The notes under the pieces were generated by a model. The model did not search any database. It was not told the origin of the DNA and saw only the letters and a list, made by a program, of their open reading frames with translations. Both the position numbers and the translations under genes were made by a program. A DNA stretch of 64,000 nt from NCBI RefSeq assembly GCF_006345805.1, contig NC_043002.1:86366001-86430000 (forward strand), in the 5' to 3' direction. Source of the stretch: Octopus sinensis (Eukaryota). This document shows, one piece after another, positions 1 to 64,000 of the stretch. The stretch's first letter is position 1; each line of letters starts with the position of its first letter.

Positions 1-410
1 TGAAAACAACTGGATCTGTGGAGCATGAAGAATCCAATTCTTCATGACAACAATGCACCTTGTCACTGAGCTCTCCTCACTGGTGAGTTTCTCATCAAAA
101 ACAACATGGTATCACTTCTACACTCATCCTATTCACCAGATATAGTACCTGTGGACTCCCATCTCTTCTCAAGATGAAGAGGTAGCTCAAATGTCATTGT
201 TTTATCACCATTGTTGAGATCCAGAGTGAATCACAGAAGGTCCTTGACTTACTTACAGAAAACGACTTCCAGACCAGATTCTAAAAGTGACAGGAATGCT
301 GGGCACAGTGAATTACTGCATAAGATGACTATTTTGAAAGAGATGATATTAAAACTTAATTTTTATTAAACATAACTAGTCCTGGAAATTTTTGACGCCA
401 CCTTGTACAT
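1..410 (+). mobile_element. Decayed mariner transposase 3' end (truncated by window edge)
   Basis: Broken frames give HDNNAP(C)H, HSSYSPD, ENDFQ and DYFE-like motifs of the mariner catalytic C-terminus; many stops. Confidence 0.65.
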
Positions 411-1259
411 GTATAATATAGAGGGTTGAGATGCAAACTGCAGAAGAAGAATTATAATGCTTTTCAATTTGAAATAGTCTTAATTAAAACTACTCATTTG
501 GAGAAAATGCTACTAGTGATATAAGTGTTCACCCAAACATTATCATACATAAGAATAGATAATTATAATTATGATTGCCAGTGAAGACGTTCGTTTAATG
601 GTATGACCAGTGACCTATGCTTCTGTAAGGTTATATCAGTTAACTAAGAACTATAGCTATCAATATAATTTAATGCATTTAACTAAGAGCTACAGCTATC
701 AATATAAAATTAATGCGTTTGGTCTTCAGGTATGATATATCTAAATGATTTATATCTTGTAAAGTATATCTGAAGAGTTGTCAGAGTTCAAAGCACTGCA
801 AATATCCTATATAGATTAGTATTGATATGGTCTAGGATAAATATTCTGTCATTAAAATTTCTTATGCTGTAAGAAGAATGTATGTATTTGAAAGAGAATG
901 TCTCATGGAGTCTGACAGATCATTCTTATTGATAAGCACATGCAATAAGAGAAATATTTGGACATTTTATTATAACAAAGAAATATTAAACCTTTAATTG
1001 CTCAAAGAGGAATTCTGTTAAATTTGTTCATTATTGATTAAATAAGGTTTTTTGGAGAGTAAATATTCCATTAGAATTAAATTTATAACATTTATATATT
1101 TGTTTTACAAGATTTTTGATGTGAAACCGTGTGTTGAAACAGACATTGTTGTATTTAGGAAAGGTCATTTTGCCAGTTTAGCCAATAAAAACACACGCAC
1201 TATATATTTGATGTTACTTCAGTGTTATTCATTTTTTACATTTATCTTAATCTTATTTC

Positions 1260-1304
1260 GGCCAGAGTTCTTTCGTCACATTCCTGTGACCTCATCAGTG
1301 GTCC
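1260..1304 (-). ncRNA. Minimal type I hammerhead ribozyme motif (family 1, GTCACA stem II)
   Basis: Minus strand GGACCA CTGATGA G GTCACA-GGAA-TGTGAC GAAA GAACTC TGGCC. Canonical CUGAUGA and GAAA boxes, perfect 6-bp stem II, short stem III, CUC triplet, stem I ACCA/TGG. Confidence 0.7.
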
Positions 1305-1399
1305 TTTGCTTTCTTCTTTCTTATTTGTGTGTCTCTCCTTACTAACGGTCAGCCATTTTGTATTTTGTATTCCTATTGTATGTGTCTTCATTTGCGCAT

Positions 1400-1503
1400 G
1401 CGTATACCTCTATATATGTATGTATGTATGTATGTATGTGTGTGTGTGTGTGTGTATATATGCATATATATATATATACATATATATATATATGTATATA
1501 TGC

Positions 1504-1540
<37 letters not shown>

Positions 1541-1548
1541 ATATATAT
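1400..1548. repeat. Compound (TATG)n/(TG)n/(TA)n microsatellite
   Basis: Directly visible. Confidence 0.95.
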
Positions 1549-1619
1549 TATGGGAAAAAACAGGTGTTGGTGGCAGGAAGGGCATCCAGTTGTAGAAAAT
1601 CTGCCTCATAAATTCTGCT

Positions 1620-1775
1620 GGTGGTGGTGATGATGATGGTGATGGTGGTGATGGTGGTGGTGGTAATGATGATGTTGATGGTGATGGTGATGATGATGAT
1701 GATGATGATGATAATGATGGTTATGGTGATGGTGATGGTGATGATGGTGATGGTGATGATGATGATGATGATGAT
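1620..1775. repeat. (GAT)n/(GGT)n trinucleotide repeat
   Basis: Directly visible. Confidence 0.95.
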
Positions 1776-2359
1776 GTATTGGTCTCTTGATGTCTAAATT
1801 ATATCAGAGCACTATTTGTACTTCAAAGTTCAGATAATAAATAGATGGTTGGTATGTTTTCCAATTCAGACTCTCATCAATTCGAACTACTACGTATTCA
1901 GCTATTTGTTATGCTGGTGCTTCTTTCCATGAGGATGATTCATTGACTTTAAATGTTCCTGTTTATTGCGATATGAGACACATGTTTACCCTGTTTGTAC
2001 TTAGTATATTTTCTTGGTGCTAGTCATGCAGTCATCAGTTTATATCTATTCAATTGGAAAATTAACCTGTCCCAGATGGATTGCAAAAGCTATGGACTCA
2101 AACTTTACCTCCAGAGCAAAGCAATAAATAAAGCAGATTTTTAACAATTTAGTTGTTAGTCTATGCTACAAATTGTTTGGTGATAAGCAGGACATCCAGC
2201 ATGACATGCACAACAATAAAAAAAATTAGCAGTCTTCTCTGTTGTTGTGTGTTCCAGTTGCCAAAGAACTAAGATACAGTGAGACCAGTCTAATCTATGT
2301 CAGCACGAAAAAAATTAAAGATATTAAATGGTAGTGGCTGCTGCTGGTGTCAATGACAA

Positions 2360-2422
2360 CGATGATGATGATGGTGATGATGATGATGATGGTGATGGTG
2401 ATGGTGATGGTGATGGTGATGG

Positions 2423-2470
<48 letters not shown>

Positions 2471-2517
2471 CGATGATGATGATGATGATGGAGGAGGAGG
2501 AGGAGGAGGAGGAGGAG
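2360..2517. repeat. (GAT)n followed by (GGA)n repeat
   Basis: Directly visible; explains the poly-D, poly-S and poly-H ORFs. Confidence 0.95.
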
Positions 2518-2859
2518 TTTTAAATAGAAAGAATGCAGCTGTATCAGAAGGATAATTAAACATCCAGTGAAGAAGTCATCACTGGCACTTACGTTGACTT
2601 GCAATAGTTCTGGTCTGAGAGCACCTACAAAGACCATGGGTGCTTCCCCTTCCTCCAAACCTAGCAAATAAAAAGAAAATCAATCCTTTCATTGCATTGT
2701 GTTTATGAGAAATATCCTTATTCCATCTAGATACATGTAAATACTGGATGACAGTATTTCTCGGAGATGTTGGGTGGCTGTGAGGATTGAAAGCGGTGGG
2801 CAAATAAATCGCCATGTTTTTAGTAAAATTAAAATGGTTTTTTATTTCTTATTTTTTGC

Positions 2860-3200
2860 TTGTTTCAGTCATTTGGCTGTGACCATGCTGGGGCACCACC
2901 TTGAACGGTTTACTGAAATAAATCGATGCCAGTATTTATCTTTGTAAGTCTGGTACTTATTCTATTGGTCTCTTTTGCCAAACTGATAAGTTACAAGGAC
3001 ATAAACAAACCAACAATGGTTGTCAAGCAGTGGTGAGAGATAAATTCAAACAGAGAGCCATGCAAATACATATCTATCTAATGATCTGTGTGTCTGTCTG
3101 TCTACCAAGTTCACTTTGATCAACCTGGGGCTATAGTACAAGACACTTGTTCAAGGTGCTATGCAGTGGGACTGAACCTGAATTCCTGTAGCTGGGAATC
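2860..3200 (-). mobile_element. tRNA-derived SINE, family B (CORE-like gtggcaccttgggcaagtgtctt), decayed
   Basis: Similar to copies at about 5630-5795(-), 21225-21600(+), 25990-26160(-), 32505-32915(+), 37130-37525(+), 52290-52690(-), 56670-56870(+). Confidence 0.7.
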
Positions 3201-5329
3201 AAAATTATTATAAAATCTTAAGATTTGCCCAACACCACAGCAAAAAAAGAATCATATGGATGCCAACTCTATTTTGTCTTCTCATTAAAATTAATAAAGA
3301 TGGAAGGTGGGAAAATTTCATTAATATTTGTAAAGGGGGCTGATATTTATCAGTTTTAGAACCAATGACAATAAAGTTCACAATTTTCAGTAACAAGAGC
3401 ACCATAATGTTGTTGTCTTGGTTTGCAGTGCTGAGATCAGTTCTTGCCATGAGAAAGATACCTGCAGTATACTGATATCCAATCCATGGAAGTGTTTGTC
3501 TCTCATATAGTTATCATAACAGAAATTAGATATAATTACTGGGGGCTATTGGACATGTAAGTCCATTAAATGGCAGACAGAAGTTAATATAGCTTATCAC
3601 TAATTATTGGTTATCTATGTCTTGTGAAATAGCAGACAAGAAATTTCTCATACTCGAAGGAAATATATAGACTATAAATTGATTTATAGATTCTACTGGT
3701 ATTAAGTTTATTATACATTTTTTTCATAGGTGAGTTGTATTTGTTTTCTCTTCTCTTACCAGGTTTTATAGCAAAGTTATTTCAAAGGAAATAGAAAGAA
3801 GAAAAGTTATATGTTGTGACACCTACAGCATTATAAATCTCATCATAACTCTGTCTCTAAGTCTATTGAATCAAATAGAGAAGAGATAGAATCATCTCTA
3901 TCTACTTCACAGTAATGATTGAAATTGTTGATCTAAAGTGGTGTAAGAGAAGTAGGTCCGATAATGGATGACACTTATATCCAGTCACTTAAAATATTAT
4001 CTAAAGTTTTCCAAACCAAACACTATATACAAGAATTTAGTGTTTGTATCATATCAAAAATTTACAGATGCACAGGAAATTCTTGTCATTTATAAGCTAA
4101 ATTTCTGTTTGAATACAATTGCTGTTTACACCCTACCACCAACTCTTGGTCCTTGGGTGCCCCTAGTACAGTACACTTTGTTGCAAGAGTTTGAGCTAGG
4201 GTTCTGGTTTGATGATAATTACCTTCTTCCCACCCATCTTGGAGGCCCTGGTTGAGTTATCTGCGTATGATCTGTGAATAGTTTGAAGAGACAATTGTGC
4301 TGTCTTGGCAATTAAAATCATGCTTTATTTTAGAGAGATAATATTGATTTCATACTTAAGCTAGCTTATCACTAAGAATTGTAGAGTTATATTTGATTGA
4401 ATCATCCCTAGTATATTACTGGTATGGGACAAAGAGAGACAAACATTAAATACTGTAATGTATATGGCTCCAATCTGTATTGACTTCGCTATCACAGCCA
4501 CCCTACAGAGATATAATATTGACATCTTACATCATAGTACAAGCTGATAAATTCATGCAGAAGAGGCATAATTGATTAAAATCAATATCAGTATATTACT
4601 GGTACTTATTATTTTATCAACCCTAAAGGTGACACTGGTCCTAGCTGGATCTGAATTCAAAACACTGGAAATAAACTATTACAAGCCATTTATTTTAATA
4701 CCTGACCGTCTTCTACAGACATAAAACATTACTTTCTTTTGTAAACACAAGGTCACATATATCTAGGTTAAAAACAAAAATAACAGCTGATCATATTGGC
4801 CCCAATATTTAATTGGAATTTATTTTATTGAGACTAAAAAGATCAAATCTAAGTTTAACTTTGATGGGAATTTGAATGGAAAGCAATACAAGTGTACCGA
4901 TGCATAATGTGAACTTTATGCCTTTCTTCATTCTTTCCTTTATCCAGGTTTATAAATACAGTCTTTCTTATTGTATCTCTTTGTCTGCAACCTTTTTTTC
5001 TCAATCCTATGTCATTGCCTTCCATGTTCTACATCTTCAGACCTTTTATTGTACTGTTCTTCATCTTAGTGATAATTGCAATCATTGATGCTCTCTGAAT
5101 GAATGATATTGAAGGTTAAAATATGCCAAAACCATCATAAGCCTGAATCATCGCTCACATAGCAATTGCAACTAACTCCAAATGAGAAGGGAGAGATAAT
5201 CTCAAGGAATCAACAAGCAATCTCTTGAATTAACATGCCATTAAGAAAAAGCTATCCTTTACTTCATTTTATATTTTTTGCCTTTGTTTTTTCATATGAA
5301 ATTTTATTATTTATATATGTTGAAAACAG

Positions 5330-61437
<56,108 letters not shown>

Positions 61438-61789
61438 GTAAGTCATGATAAAAACCAACCAGTTAAAAATCAACCTGTCTAAGATCACCATGCAACCAGT
61501 TTTATATGGTTATTATAATTGTTATTATTATTATTATTATTTTATAAAGATTGATGTAACTCTTCACAAAGGTAAATAGACAATAAGAAAAGTGTGATGT
61601 GATTGTAATAGATTGTTTATTGGTTTGAACGACATTTTGACAGCTTATCTGTCTTTTTTCAAGTTCAGTAGCTAGCAGCAGCAAGAGCAGCGGCAGGAAC
61701 AGCTGCAGTGGTAGCAACAACAACAATAATAAATACATCGCGTGTCCACAAAAATACATTGGTTGTACAAGAAATTCAATCAAGAAACG

Positions 61790-62370
61790 ATTTTCCAACC
61801 ATAATCAATTTTCCTTTAGAGTCCCAGATAGGAGAAACGTAACATCGCTGGCCAGCCATGTTTGGCAACTAAAAGATGACTGAGTTCCACACTCAATCTC
61901 ATGGACAATTCTCGAAAACCCAGGCCCCTACATCAACAGGATGAAATGCTACAAGCTATGCATAGCCAAATGCACAAGAATTCTAAAAGACTCACACAAA
62001 CCAGGGACTATAATTAACTGCAGAATGAAGACTTTCGGGCCATGTTTGCATTTTAGGAGATTTTGGGAACGGCAAGATGGTTGCACAGCCGGAAGTTGAG
62101 AGCTAATGGGAGAGGGAGATAATGCCTTATTGTTTACCCTCAGAGTTGAATGATGGCAGTACAGCCGGAAGTTAATAGCCATTAGCAAAGGGAGGTAATC
62201 CCCTTGTTTACATCTGCCTTTCTACTGAGACTGCTTGCCTCCATATTTTAAATAGGTCTTGGGGTCTGATATGTCATAATGTTAAACTCTTAACCCAGCC
62301 CTCACCAGGAAAAATACAGACTGCTCTACTTTTTAAAGTGTGCTTCTTCTCCAGATTTATGTTTTTCTAA
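61790..62370 (+). mobile_element. Third Penelope-like remnant (GIY-YIG C-terminus and 3' UTR)
   Basis: Translation TSLASHVWQLKDD*VPHSISWTILE resembles the PLE endonuclease tail; decayed. Confidence 0.5.
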
Positions 62371-62376
62371 AAAACG

Positions 62377-62411
<35 letters not shown>

Positions 62412-62454
62412 TATATATATATATATATATAACATATATATATATATATATACT

Positions 62455-64000
62455 TTAGATGAGATGCAGTTTGGGTTCGTGCCAGGAAAAAGTACCACTG
62501 ATGCTATATTCCTGGTAAGGCAGCTGCAGGAGAAATACCTAGCCAAAGATAAGCCCCTGTACCTAGCTTTCGTTGACATGGAGAAAGCTTTTGATAGGGT
62601 CCCCCGATCCCTTATCTGGTGGTCAATGAGGAAACTAGGGATAGATGAATGGCTGGTGAGGACTGTGCAAGCCATGTACAGAGATGCCGTAAGTAAGGTT
62701 AGGGTTGGCAACATGTACACAGAAGAATTCAAAGTAGAGGTTGGGGTCCACCAGGGTTCAGTACTCAGCCCCCTCCTATTTATCATAGTACTCCAGGCAA
62801 TTACGGAGGAATTCAAGACAGGCTGTCCCTGGGAGCTCCTCTACGCTGACGACTTGCTCTATTGCTGAGTCACTATCAGAACTGGAGGAGAAGTTCCAGG
62901 TGTGGAAGCGGTTTAGAATCAAGGGGCCTTAGAGTCAACCTAGCTAAAACCAAAGTACTAATAAGTAGAAAGGTAGACAATCCACAAATATCTTCAGGAA
63001 GATGGCCCTGCTCGATCTGTAGAAAAGGTGTAGGTAGAAACTCTATAAGATGTACCAGTGTAAGGCTATGGACACATAAGAGGTGCAGCAATGTCAAAGG
63101 TAGGCTAACTGGGAACATAGTTTTTGTATGTGGCAGATGCTCGGGAGCATTAACCTCCGAAAATCTGCAGAAAACAAATTCCGTCACTTTCCAGGGGGAA
63201 AAACTAGAAGTAGTTGATAGCTTCCGTTATCTAGGTGACCAAGTCAGTAGTGGGGGTGGGTGCGCTGAAAGTGTAACGCTAGAATAAGAATAGCCTGGGC
63301 AAAGTTTAGGGAGCTCTTACCTCTGCTGGTGACTAAAGGCCTCTCGCTCAGAGTAAAAGGCAGACTGTGATGATGCGTGTGTACGAACAGCCATGCTACA
63401 TGGCAGCGAAACATGGGCCTGTGATGCTGAGGACATGCGTAAGCTCGTGAGGAATGAAGCCAGTATGCTCCGATGGATGTGTAATGTCAGTGTACATACT
63501 CGACAGAGCGTTAGCACCTTGAGAGAAAGTTGTACCTAAGAAGCATCAGTTGTGTGTGCAAGAGAGACGATTGCGCTGGTATGGTCATGTGGCGAGAATG
63601 GATGAAGATAGGTGTGTGAGAAAGTGCCAATCCCTAGCAGTTGAGGGAACCCGTGGAAGAGTAGACCCAGGAAAACCTGGGACGAGGTGGTGAAGCACGA
63701 CCTTCGAACTTTAGGCCTCACTGAGGAAATGACCAGAGACCGAGACCTTTGGAAATATTCTGTACGTGAGAAGACCAGGCAGGACAAGTGAGCCCAGCCA
63801 CTTATGAATGCCTTTCCTCCCTTGGACACAAAGACCGGTTGAGGCAAGCGAAGTCGATATAGAACCTCATCCGACGACAGACACCCATCCCAACCCCCCA
63901 TGCTTGCGAAGACATGTTGGGGCAAGCGAAATCGAAATCGAAATCGAAACCAATGAACCAGCCAGGATCCCTGGCCTGGTGGTACGTAAAAAGCACTATC
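62455..64000 (+). mobile_element. RTE-clade LINE, 5'-truncated at a (TA)n tract, frameshifted, runs off window
   Basis: QFGFVPGKSTTDAIF, AFVDMEKAFDRVP, GVHQGSVLSPLLF, LLYADDL; then FRYLGD and a WYGHV-like segment; 3' UTR starts about 63790. Confidence 0.92.

Overview
AT-rich eukaryotic genomic DNA dominated by microsatellites and transposons. The SINE/LINE repertoire and (TA)n load look like a coleoid cephalopod, probably Octopus (inference, no database check). The window is almost entirely intronic. It carries 11 short phase-compatible + strand exons (5330-61437, 1152 nt, 384 codons, no stops) of a long coiled-coil protein gene, tentatively CCDC178-like. Start and stop codons are not in the assembled part, and the ORF track mostly misses it. 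The introns hold a near-complete irritans-type mariner nested in the 5' LTR of a decayed Gypsy element, a near-complete Neptune-type Penelope-like element (PLE), CR1- and RTE-clade LINE remnants, other Tc1/mariner remnants, piggyBac-, mariner- and Merlin-like MITEs, a Helitron-like element and several tRNA-derived SINE families. The most interesting unexplained layer is at least nine minimal type I hammerhead-like ribozyme motifs from two families. One family has a fixed non-canonical A6U core. A set of long fold-back palindromes, mostly in or next to (TA)n or other low-complexity tracts, is also notable. No prokaryotic features, CRISPR arrays, rRNA or genuine tRNA genes were found.
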